A stretch of DNA of 64,000 bases, taken from assembly GCA_963744065.1 (NCBI GenBank), contig CAVUSN010000023.1:45559-109558 (forward strand), written 5' to 3'. The translations under genes and the position numbers were made by a program. Below are positions 55,541-63,777 of the stretch, piece after piece; positions within the stretch are counted from its first letter, which is position 1; the number at the start of each line of letters is the position of its first letter. A model generated the notes under the pieces. That model did no database searches, had not been told where the DNA came from, and saw only the letters and a program-made list of their open reading frames with translations. This stretch comes from an uncultured Actinomycetes bacterium (GTDB lineage: Bacteria; Actinomycetota; Thermoleophilia; Gaiellales; JAICJC01).

Positions 55541-55741
55541 GGGCTCGACGGGGAACCTGATCTTGACCAGCGCGTGCCAGCGCACGACCTGGCCCTTCTC
55601 GACGTCGCAGGTGATCGACTCGACGTCGACCGCCGTGATGCCGCGGATCGACCGCGACGCCGACGTGACCGCCTCCCGGATCGCGTCGTCCGACCCCGAC
55701 GAGGACGTGCCGATTACCTCGATCACCTTGGTCACAGGCAT
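55535..55741 (-). CDS. dodecin-family protein
   Basis: ATG at 55741 with GAGGAGG upstream. MPVTKVIEVIGTSSSGSDDAIREAVTSASRSIRGITAVDVESI. 68 aa. Confidence 0.8.
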   Translation of the reverse strand: MPVTKVIEVIGTSSSGSDDAIREAVTSASRSIRGITAVDVESITCDVEKGQVVRWHALVKIRFPVEPR

Positions 55742-55904
55742 TCGTGGGCCTCCTCGCAACGTTTCGCCCGTTTCGCCGGCTGCAAACGCTTCGCGCTGCC
55801 GCGTCCTCGGTCGCGCCAATACAACTCGGTATTGGAGCTCCCTGCGTCCTTGCATCGCTCGGTTTTCGCTCGCCGATTCCGGACGAACGTTACGAGCAGG
55901 CCCA

Positions 55905-56952
55905 CTAGCTGACCATCGCTCCGTAGAAGTCGCGCATGTCATCCAGCGATTTGGGCTCGTAGTCGCCGGCGTGGCCGGCCTGCCCGAACTGCGTCATGCG
56001 CTCCTCGCACACCTTCTGCATCGCGGCGCGGGCCGGCGTCAGGTAGTAGCGCGGATCGAACTCGTCGGGCTTCTCCACGAACGCCTTGCGGATGGCGCCG
56101 GTGATGGCCAGGCGGTTGTCGGTGTCGACGTTGATCTTGCGCACGCCGGCGCGGATGCCGCGCTGGATCTCCTCGACCGGCACGCCGTAGGTCTCCTTGA
56201 TCTGTGCCGCCGTACTTGTTGATGACGTCGCACAGGCTCTGCCGGCACCGACGACGAGCCGTGCATGACCAGGTGGCAGTTGGGCAGCTTGTGGTGGATC
56301 TCCTCGATGCGGTTCATGGCCAGCACGTCGCCGGTCGGCTTGCTGCGTGAACTTGTAGGCGCCGTGGCTGGTGCCGATGGCGACGGCCAGGGCGTCGATG
56401 CCCGGTGCGCTCGACGAAGTCGACCGCCTGGTCGGGATCGGTCAGAGCTGGTCGAGCGACTTGCCCTCGGCGCCGTGGCCGTCCTCCTCGCCATGCCGTG
56501 CTCGAGCGAGCCCAGGCAGCCGAGCTCACCCTCGACCGACACGCCCACGGCGTGCGCGAGGTTGACCACCTCGCGGGTCACCGCGCACGTTGTACTCGTA
56601 GTTCGACGGCGTCTTGCCGTCTTCCTCGAGCGAGCCGTCCATCATGACGCTGGTGAAGCCGTAGTCGGATGGCGCTGACGCAGGTGGCCGGGGAGTTGCC
56701 GTGGTCCTGGTGCATGACGATGGGCAGCTCGGGATACAGCTCGGCCGCGGCCAGCATCAGGTGGCGCAGGAAGTTGTCGTTGGTGTACTTGCGGGCGCCG
56801 CGCGAGGCCTGCACGATGACCGGGCTCTTGGTGGCCCGGGCGGCCTCCATGATGGCCTGGATCTGCTCCATGTTGTTGACGTTGAACGCGGCCACGCCGT
56901 ATCCCCCGGCGGCGGCCTCGTCCAGCAGCTGGCGCATCGACACCATCGCCAT
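55905..56952 (-). pseudogene. fba: class II fructose-bisphosphate aldolase (CbbA/FbaA type); about eight frame changes
   Basis: [19 protein letters not shown]...VMHQDHG / [25 protein letters not shown] / [27 protein letters not shown] / EEDGHGAEG / LTDPDQAVDFVERTG / DALAVAIGTSHGAYKF / KPTGDVLAMNRIEEIHHKLPNCHLVMHGSSSVP / YGVPVEEIQRGIRAGVRKINVDTD.... These segments tile the whole enzyme across three frames. Confidence 0.85.
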
Positions 56953-57012
56953 GCCCGACCTCCTCGTCTCGTCGTCCCGCCAGTCTAGTGGCGGGTCGGC
57001 GGCGGGCGCGAT

Positions 57013-57510
57013 CTACCGGCCGAAGCTCCAGTGCTTGTTGGCCAGGAAGCTGATCGGGGTGACCGCGGCGATGGCGATGGCGGCGGCCGGCAGCTTGGCC
57101 ACCGAGCCCCATTCCACCAGCGCCGAGAGCAGCAGCAGGTCGAGCGCGAGGGCTGCAGTGCTCACGGTCAGGAAGCGGGCCAGCTGGTGGTGCGGGCGGC
57201 CGCCGGCATCGGGGAACGTCCACAGCCGGTTCCACGCGAAGTTGGAGAGCGCCGCCAACACGAAGGCGATCGTGAACGCCGGCAGGTAGGGCATGAGCGC
57301 GTCGGTCAGCCTGAAGCTGACCAGGTTCAGCGCATAGCCGGAGCCGCCGACGCAGCAGAAGCGCACCAGCTGCCACACATCGGGCGGAAGGCCGGGCCGG
57401 GGGCCGGGCGCGCTGCGGGGCGCGTCGTAGGTGATCACGCGCACGGTCATCGATCCGTGCGGATCGGTCTCGATGCGCTCGATGCGCTGGGCGTGGGGGT
57501 GGGCGGCCAT
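57013..57510 (-). CDS. GtrA-family membrane protein
   Basis: LVRFCCVGGSGYALN, NFAWNRLWTF, FLANKHWSF. Confidence 0.85.
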   Translation of the reverse strand: MAAHPHAQRIERIETDPHGSMTVRVITYDAPRSAPGPRPGLPPDVWQLVRFCCVGGSGYALNLVSFRLTDALMPYLPAFTIAFVLAALSNFAWNRLWTFPDAGGRPHHQLARFLTVSTAALALDLLLLSALVEWGSVAKLPAAAIAIAAVTPISFLANKHWSFGR

Positions 57511-57569
57511 ACCGTCTGGATCGGCAGGTCCGGGGCCGGTCTTGAGGCGCTGGCGTCAGCTGCCGACGG

Positions 57570-58172
57570 TCAGCTGGCGGCGCTCGGACCGGGCGCGCCG
57601 GCGGGCGCCGACGTCTCCGACTCGGTGGGCCGGAACAGGTCGCGGACTCCGCTCTGGCGGGGCCGCTCGAGCGTCACCTGCATCGGCTGGTCAAGCTTGT
57701 CGATGACCGCTTCGACGCCGCTTCCGGCCCGCTCCACGGCGCCGCCCACCTGGGCGATGTCCTGGCGCAGGGCGGACATGCCGCTGGACAGCAGCTCGAC
57801 CACCAACTCCAGATCCTCGACTCGACCCAGCCGCTCGGCCAGCAGGTCGCGGTTCAGCTGCTCGACCCGGCTGGCCATGTCGACCATGAGGTCGCGCAGC
57901 TCGCCCATCCGGCGCGAGCTGGTGTGGTCGTCCAGCACCCGCTCGACGGCCTGCTCGATGCGCGCCGGCAGCGACCGCTCGAGCTCCGAGGCGGTGCTGC
58001 GCAGGTCATCCACGTGCTGCTCGGCGCGGGCCAGCAGGGTGCGCAGGTCGGGCATCGAGCTGACAACCGGCGCGTCCAGCGGTGCGTCCTCAGCGGGCGG
58101 TTCGCCCTCGCCGCGCGCGCGGGCCCGCAACTCCTGGATCCGCCGGTAGAGCTGGGCCTCCGCCTCGGCCAT
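57570..58172 (-). CDS. coiled-coil protein, unknown function
   Basis: ATG at 58172 with GGAGGAG upstream. 200 aa, Glu/Arg/Leu-rich heptad-like sequence. Confidence 0.65.
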   Translation of the reverse strand: MAEAEAQLYRRIQELRARARGEGEPPAEDAPLDAPVVSSMPDLRTLLARAEQHVDDLRSTASELERSLPARIEQAVERVLDDHTSSRRMGELRDLMVDMASRVEQLNRDLLAERLGRVEDLELVVELLSSGMSALRQDIAQVGGAVERAGSGVEAVIDKLDQPMQVTLERPRQSGVRDLFRPTESETSAPAGAPGPSAAS

Positions 58173-58259
58173 GGGGTTCGGCTCCTCCACGCTCCCAGTG
58201 TATCGCCGTCCGCGGTCGCTGTTAAGCTCGGGCCACGACCATGCGCCGGAGGTGAGCCT

Positions 58260-58646
58260 GTGCACGACGACGATGATGATGTGACCTACACGCGCATCCT
58301 GGGCCCGATGGACCAGATGACCGCCGACCCGGTCGGCACCCAGCGTACGCATCCGGCGCTGGTGTGGAAGCCGAAGCTGGGCGAGCAGCAGGTGTTCGAG
58401 TTGGAGCACCGGCTGATGCGGATCGGCCGCCACGACCAGAACGACATCATGCTGGCCGGCCCCACCGTGTCCACCCGCCATGCGACCGTGCGCCGCGAGC
58501 AGGTGGGCGTGGTGATCGAGGACGAGGGCAGCCTGAACGGGACGTTCGTGAACGGCGTGCGGGTCGAGCAGCAGCTCCTGGAGCACGGCGACAAGATCCA
58601 GATCGGCCCGCACCTGCTGGTGTTCGTTGGCGCTGTCGCCGCCTGA
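58260..58646 (+). CDS. FHA-domain protein
   Basis: GTG at 58260 with GGAGGTG upstream. RIGRHDQNDIMLAGPTVSTRHATV...GSLNGTFVNGVRV...GDKIQIG. Confidence 0.8.
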   Translation: MHDDDDDVTYTRILGPMDQMTADPVGTQRTHPALVWKPKLGEQQVFELEHRLMRIGRHDQNDIMLAGPTVSTRHATVRREQVGVVIEDEGSLNGTFVNGVRVEQQLLEHGDKIQIGPHLLVFVGAVAA

Positions 58647-58653
58647 CCGCCCG

Positions 58654-59115
58654 TCAGCGCCTGAACTGCAGCGGCGCCCACGATGGCACCGGGGCCAGTT
58701 CGACCAGCGGCGAAGCGTCGGTCGGCATGCGGTAATCGAACCGCCCGGCCCGCTCGTCGTAGCTCACCTCCAGCATGCCCGCCTTGACCCGGTGGTCGAG
58801 CCAGGCGCCGCGGAAGACCAGCTTGCGCAGCCAGTAGGCGACCGGCTCCTTGTGCAGGTCGTCGATATCCGAAAGCCGGCCGACCAGGTAGCGGCCCAGG
58901 TCGCTGCGCGGCCTCTCGATGATGCCGGTGGCGGTCAGATCGACCAGGTCGGAGGCCTCCTCGACGCCCAGGTCGCCGGGCGGCACCAGCTCCAACCGGG
59001 CGGCCGCGGCCGACACCCGCTGCTCGAAATCGATCCGCGAGAAGCCGTACCTGTAGTCGAGGAACTCGACCACGAAGTCGTCGCCCGAGACGTAGTCGGA
59101 TTCCGAGTGCTCCAC
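58654..59115 (-). CDS. hypothetical protein
   Basis: GTG at 59115 (VEHSESDYVSGDDFVVEFLDYRYGF...). The upstream part of the track ORF is Arg/Pro-rich. No SD, and only 21 nt from the divergent DUF192 start. Confidence 0.5.
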   Translation of the reverse strand: MEHSESDYVSGDDFVVEFLDYRYGFSRIDFEQRVSAAAARLELVPPGDLGVEEASDLVDLTATGIIERPRSDLGRYLVGRLSDIDDLHKEPVAYWLRKLVFRGAWLDHRVKAGMLEVSYDERAGRFDYRMPTDASPLVELAPVPSWAPLQFRR

Positions 59116-59136
59116 GGGCGGGGAGTCTAGAGAGAA

Positions 59137-59478
59137 ATGCCTCGGATTCGCCTGGAGAGAGGGCCGGTTGTGTGTGAGCGGGGCGAGATGGCGATCACCG
59201 CCTGGACGCGCACCAAGGGCCTGCTCGGCCGATCCGGCCTGGAGCCCGATCAGGGTCTGTGGATCGAGCCGACCAACTCCATCCATATGTTCTTCATGCG
59301 GTTTGCGATCGACGTTATCTACGCCGCCGCCGACGGCCGTGTGCTCAAACTGGTGCGAGGCATCGGGCCGTGGCGGGTGTCCTACTGCCGCGGGGCCAAG
59401 GTTGCGCTCGAGCTGCCGGTCGGCGCCATCGAGCGCAGCGGGGTGGGGGTGGGCGATCACCTGGTGATCGAGGCCTGA
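59137..59478 (+). CDS. DUF192-family protein
   Basis: GLLGRSGLEPDQGLWIEPTNSIHMFFMRFAIDVIY...ALELPVG. Confidence 0.85.
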   Translation: MPRIRLERGPVVCERGEMAITAWTRTKGLLGRSGLEPDQGLWIEPTNSIHMFFMRFAIDVIYAAADGRVLKLVRGIGPWRVSYCRGAKVALELPVGAIERSGVGVGDHLVIEA

Positions 59479-59628
59479 TTCCGCTCGGTTCCGTCGCCTA
59501 GAGACAATTCGGGGGCCAGAGGTCATCCCCCGTGGGTGACCATCGGTCACCTGTATGCGAGGGCCCATGGGTCTTGATTCGGTATGCGGTGGCGGTGACG
59601 CCGCCCCCACCCGCCTTCAGCCCGATTC

Positions 59629-59809
59629 AGAACCCGTTTCAGAATGATGTTCTGTTGCGGCTGGTTCGCGGTGGTTGCGGGTGCGTCCCACGCGGCGTGC
59701 GGTGCTCAACGTGGCCTGCGGCCACGCCTGCGCTCCGCTCGCCGCTCGATCCTTCCGGCAACCACCGCGCCCTGCGCCTCACGACGAACCTCATTCTGAA
59801 ACGGGTTCT
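59629..59809 (-). repeat. structured repeat element, copy B, bounded by perfect 18-bp AT-rich inverted repeats (MITE-like)
   Basis: AGAACCCGTTTCAGAATG (59629..59646) and its exact complement CATTCTGAAACGGGTTCT (59792..59809). Internal 12-bp stem 59667..59678 / 59758..59769. The reverse complement aligns with 3437..3628. Confidence 0.75.
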
Positions 59810-61395
59810 TAGGCGCCGGTCAGGTCGCGGCGGCGGAAGCGCCAGTCGGCGAGCGCCAGAGCGGCCACCGCGGTCGCCGACATGATCGCGGCCGCGCCTG
59901 CCCGGAAGGGCTGCGCTGGCACCAACCCGATGTGGTTGAAGGGCGACAGCCCGAGCGTCCACGACGGCACGTTCAGGACCGCTCCGACCAGCTGCCATAT
60001 GAAGGCGGCGCCGACCAGCCCGTAGCCGATGCCGGCGCCGGCCCGCGGCCAGACTGCGAAGCCGAGCGCTGCCAGGCCCAGGAAGAGCAGCGCCGCCGGC
60101 AGGCAGTTGAAGCTTGCCTCCAGCACCCGCGGCAGGCTGACGGCCGCGCCCTGGGTGGCCACGCCAATCCAGGCCGCCAGCCCGGCCGCCAGCGCCAGCA
60201 GCAAACCCCCGGCGACGGCCAGCGCCAGCCGCCCACCCAGCCACGAGCTGCGGCTGACGGGCAGGGCAAGCAGTGTCTCCAGCCTGCTTTCGGCCTCCTC
60301 CCGGCGGGCCGCGGCCACCTGCGCGCAGCCGAAGAGCGCAAACGCCAGCGACCCAAACAGGAAGTACAGGCCCAGCGCACCGGAGGGGGTGGCGATCGAC
60401 GCGCCCAGCTTGTGCAGCTGGTTGCGCAGGCTGGCCGGGATGCTGCTCTGGGTGAAGCTGGACGCGAGGCTGCCCACGATCAGCGCGAACAGGCCGACCC
60501 CAACCATCCAGGCGATCAAGCTGCCTCGTTCCGAGCGCAGCGCCTGAGCGGTGGGTGAGCCGAGCAGCCGCAGGTCGGCACGAGCCGTGTCGTGGGCCTC
60601 GACCAGGCCGCGGCCAACGTCACGCCGGACTGCGATTCCGAGTGCTCCCGCCAGCAGCACGGCGGTGGTCAGCGCCGGCAGCAGCAGGACGGCCGGCCGG
60701 GCGCCGCTGAATGCCCGCATCTGCTCCGTCCAGCCCAGCGGCGTGGCCCACAGGAGCCAGCTCACGCCGGACGCCGTATCGGCCACCACCCGCACCAGCA
60801 GGGCGGCCACGAACAGGCCGCTGGTGGCCATCAGGGCCAGCCGCCGGGTGGGTGCGATCTGGCTGGCCAGGGCGCCGACGCCGACGAAGACACTGCCCAC
60901 CGACATGATGGCCAGCGCCAGGTAGGCCGATCCGCCGGGGGCCAGCCCGGGGGCGACCAGGCCGGCGGCCAGCGCCAGCCACAGCAGCGCCGCCTCGAAG
61001 GCCAGGCTGGCCAGGATGCTCAGGTTGGCCTGCAGGCGGCTGAGCGAGCGGGCCAGCACCAGCTCCATCCGGCCCGACTCCTCCTCGCCCCGGAATGCCC
61101 GCACGGAGGCGATCACTCCCCAGGCCCCGGCCAGCATGACCCCGCCGCCGCCCACCCGCCAGGCCACGTAGCCGCCGACGTGGATCAGGTCGTGGGGCAC
61201 GCCGTAGAAGAGCCGTATCGCCTTATCTGAGCCGAAGGTGGTCGCGAACGCCCGGCGGTCGGCGATCGTCGGGTAGGCGTCACGGTACCCGACCACGTTG
61301 GCGACGGCGTAGAAGACGAAGATGAGGCCGAATGAACCTGCCCGGATGCGGCCGTCGGCCAGCGTACGGAGGCTGATCGCTCTAACGGCCGCCAT
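59809..61395 (-). CDS. ABC-2-type transporter permease
   Basis: 528 aa, about 12 hydrophobic segments. Overlaps the ATPase gene by 14 nt. Confidence 0.85.
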   Translation of the reverse strand: MAAVRAISLRTLADGRIRAGSFGLIFVFYAVANVVGYRDAYPTIADRRAFATTFGSDKAIRLFYGVPHDLIHVGGYVAWRVGGGGVMLAGAWGVIASVRAFRGEEESGRMELVLARSLSRLQANLSILASLAFEAALLWLALAAGLVAPGLAPGGSAYLALAIMSVGSVFVGVGALASQIAPTRRLALMATSGLFVAALLVRVVADTASGVSWLLWATPLGWTEQMRAFSGARPAVLLLPALTTAVLLAGALGIAVRRDVGRGLVEAHDTARADLRLLGSPTAQALRSERGSLIAWMVGVGLFALIVGSLASSFTQSSIPASLRNQLHKLGASIATPSGALGLYFLFGSLAFALFGCAQVAAARREEAESRLETLLALPVSRSSWLGGRLALAVAGGLLLALAAGLAAWIGVATQGAAVSLPRVLEASFNCLPAALLFLGLAALGFAVWPRAGAGIGYGLVGAAFIWQLVGAVLNVPSWTLGLSPFNHIGLVPAQPFRAGAAAIMSATAVAALALADWRFRRRDLTGA

Positions 61396-62284
61396 CCGCC
61401 GAGCCCGAGTAGTGGTGCAGGAAGATCTCCTCCAGCGACGGCTCGCGGCTGGTCAGAGCCACCACCGGGTGTGCGGCCAGGGCGGCGATCAGCGGCCCGA
61501 TGTCGCCGCTCACCTCGATCCGCAACGCGTTGGGGCCGGCCGCGGCCGCGTGCACGCCGGCCATCCCGGCCAGCTCGGGCGGCGGCCCGGCGAAGGTGAC
61601 GTCGATCGTCTGCGCGCTCAGGTGGCGCAACTCCTGGAGCGTGCCCTCGTCCACCAGTCGGCCCTCGCGCAGGATGCCCACCCGGTCGCACAGGGCCTCC
61701 ACCTCGCTCATGATGTGCGACGAAAGGAACACCGTCTGGCCGCGCTCTCGGGCCTCCTGCACCGTCTCCCGGAAGGCCACCTCCATCAGCGGATCAAGGC
61801 CGCTGGTCGGCTCGTCCATGACCAGCAGCTCGGCCCGGCTGGCGAAGGCGGCCACCAGCTGCACCTTCTGGCGGTTTCCCTTGCTGAGCGCCCGCACCTT
61901 CTTGTCGGACTCCAGCCGGAACCGCTCGAGCAGTTGGGCGCGGTAGGCCGGGTCGTCGGAGCCGTGCAGGCGGGCCAGATAGTCGAGTGTCTCGGCCACC
62001 GTCATGGCCGGCCACAGGAACGGTTCGCCGGCCACGTAGGCCAGCCGCCGGTGGGCCGCCACCGGATCGCGCCAGGCGTCGATCCCGAACACCTGGGCAG
62101 CGCCCGCGGTCGGCCTGTGCAGGCCCAGCAGCAGGCGGATGGTGGTGGTCTTGCCGGCTCCGTTGGGGCCCAGGTAGCCGTACACCTGGCCGGCCGGGAT
62201 GGACAGTTCGAGACCGTCCAGCGCAAGCGTCGCGCCGTAGCGCTTGGTCAGCCCCTGGGCGTGAATGGCAAGCTCGTCGGCCAT
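61382..62284 (-). CDS. ABC transporter ATP-binding protein
   Basis: Walker A GPNGAGKTT, signature LSKGNRQK, Walker B LLVMDEPTSGLD, H-loop SSH. Confidence 0.95.
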   Translation of the reverse strand: MADELAIHAQGLTKRYGATLALDGLELSIPAGQVYGYLGPNGAGKTTTIRLLLGLHRPTAGAAQVFGIDAWRDPVAAHRRLAYVAGEPFLWPAMTVAETLDYLARLHGSDDPAYRAQLLERFRLESDKKVRALSKGNRQKVQLVAAFASRAELLVMDEPTSGLDPLMEVAFRETVQEARERGQTVFLSSHIMSEVEALCDRVGILREGRLVDEGTLQELRHLSAQTIDVTFAGPPPELAGMAGVHAAAAGPNALRIEVSGDIGPLIAALAAHPVVALTSREPSLEEIFLHHYSGSADGGR

Positions 62285-62352
62285 CTGGATCCCTGCGGAC
62301 AGGTACCGGGTGCGGATCCTAGATCGGCCTTCGGGCGGGCGGTCCCGCCCGG

Positions 62353-63420
62353 CTACACCACCAGGCTATAGAAGGGGTCGTTGGCCATCGTCGTGTACTG
62401 GGCCAGGCGGGCCGGGGTCAGGTCCATGTGGAAGTCGCTGTACTTGGCGCCGCGGCTCGTCCAGCACACGCCCAGCACCTGCCCGGCGCCCCAGCCGGCG
62501 CCCCAGCCCTTGAACAGGGCATCCATCTGCTGCAGGTAGGGCACGACCTTGGCGTCGGTGCCGCCGATGCCGGTCTCGGCGCTCAGGAACGGCCGTCCGA
62601 CCGAGGCGGCGAAGGCCTGCACCGGGATCCACTGGCCGGCCGCGGTGTAGTTGTAGTTGGCCTGGTTGTACATATCCACGCCCAGCATGTCGTAGCAGTC
62701 GGCGCCCGGATCGCACAGACTGACGACGTATGGCTTGACCGCCGCCGTGCCACCGCCCACGCCCCAGATCGGGTCCTGGTAGTACTGGCGCCAGTGCGGC
62801 GTCCAGCACATCAGCATGTTGCCGCCCCGGGAGACGTGAGCATTGGCCGCGTCGATCAGTGAGCGCACATGTCGGAAGGCGGCGATGAAGTCCTGCGCGG
62901 TACCTGCCGCCACTCCGCCGCCCTCGGCCTTCACGTACTGCTCGTGGTGGAACGAGAAGTGCATGGGCAGCGCGGTCGTCCATGTGGGGTCCGTCAGCAC
63001 GCGCTGGATGAACGAGTTCAGGGCCGCGTCGTACTGGCCGGCGGTGATCGCCTGCCAGTAGCCGGTGGTCGTCCCGGTGGGCTTGCCGTTCACGTACGTC
63101 CACCGCCGGCCGGCGGCGAACATCCGGTGCATCTCGGTGAAGTCGGCGTTGGTCTTCTGGAACCCGCCGTTCAGCCGGAATCCGGCGAAGCCGCGTCCGA
63201 AGTCCGCCTCCAGCTGGTTGCAGTAGGTGGCGAAGTTCTTGTCCAGGGTGTACGTGTCGCCGATGCCCCAGATGATCGATCCGCTGCTGTCGTCGGCATG
63301 TGCAACGCCGGTCCGCCCGAACAGCGCCAGGCTGGCCGCTGCAAGGCCGAGGAACTCACTGCGCCGCATACCGCCGCTGGTCGCGGGTGCGGCAGCGACT
63401 GGCCCGAACATGGCAGCCAT
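62353..63420 (-). CDS. Tat-secreted glycoside-hydrolase-like protein (TIM-barrel type, family uncertain)
   Basis: ATG at 63420 with GGGAGGGGA upstream. Twin-arginine signal GGMRRSEFLGLAAASLALFG. HFSFHHEQY, CWTPHW, LSAETGIGG. Confidence 0.75.
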   Translation of the reverse strand: MAAMFGPVAAAPATSGGMRRSEFLGLAAASLALFGRTGVAHADDSSGSIIWGIGDTYTLDKNFATYCNQLEADFGRGFAGFRLNGGFQKTNADFTEMHRMFAAGRRWTYVNGKPTGTTTGYWQAITAGQYDAALNSFIQRVLTDPTWTTALPMHFSFHHEQYVKAEGGGVAAGTAQDFIAAFRHVRSLIDAANAHVSRGGNMLMCWTPHWRQYYQDPIWGVGGGTAAVKPYVVSLCDPGADCYDMLGVDMYNQANYNYTAAGQWIPVQAFAASVGRPFLSAETGIGGTDAKVVPYLQQMDALFKGWGAGWGAGQVLGVCWTSRGAKYSDFHMDLTPARLAQYTTMANDPFYSLVV

Positions 63421-63777
63421 CGTCGTCCCCTCCCTGGAGCGTTGGGAGCAGTGCCAAGCGGCGTAAGTCGGGTCGGCCGCCGGGTCGCGGCTCCGTGAAC
63501 CGCTTCGGAGTGTGGCACGCCTCGCTGCCACCGTCAAGCCACCCAGGTGTCACCTGGCAACGCGCTGGCGCGACGCTGGTACTGCGGACCAAAACCGGCG
63601 AGCGGCAAACTCGGGCGGCGCTGCTTCACGACCAGTTGTACAACGAGGTGTCGGTGCCGGTAGACGAGGCGAATCTCGTGTTTCGGGACCGCCTTGTCCG
63701 AATCCGACGTCCCCATCCTCCGACGGTGGTTGATGTGGACAGCTGTGGACGCAGCCGGCCACTGGAGGGAGGGCGGC

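Noticed and set aside
28390-56700. Programmed ribosomal frameshifting or genuine genome decay as the explanation for the broken genes.
   Set aside because: There are no slippery heptamers or stimulatory structures at the junctions, and up to eight switches occur per gene in both directions. Essential-type genes (fba, hpt, glpX) are affected while their motifs remain perfect. Sequence error is more parsimonious, but it must be verified with reads.
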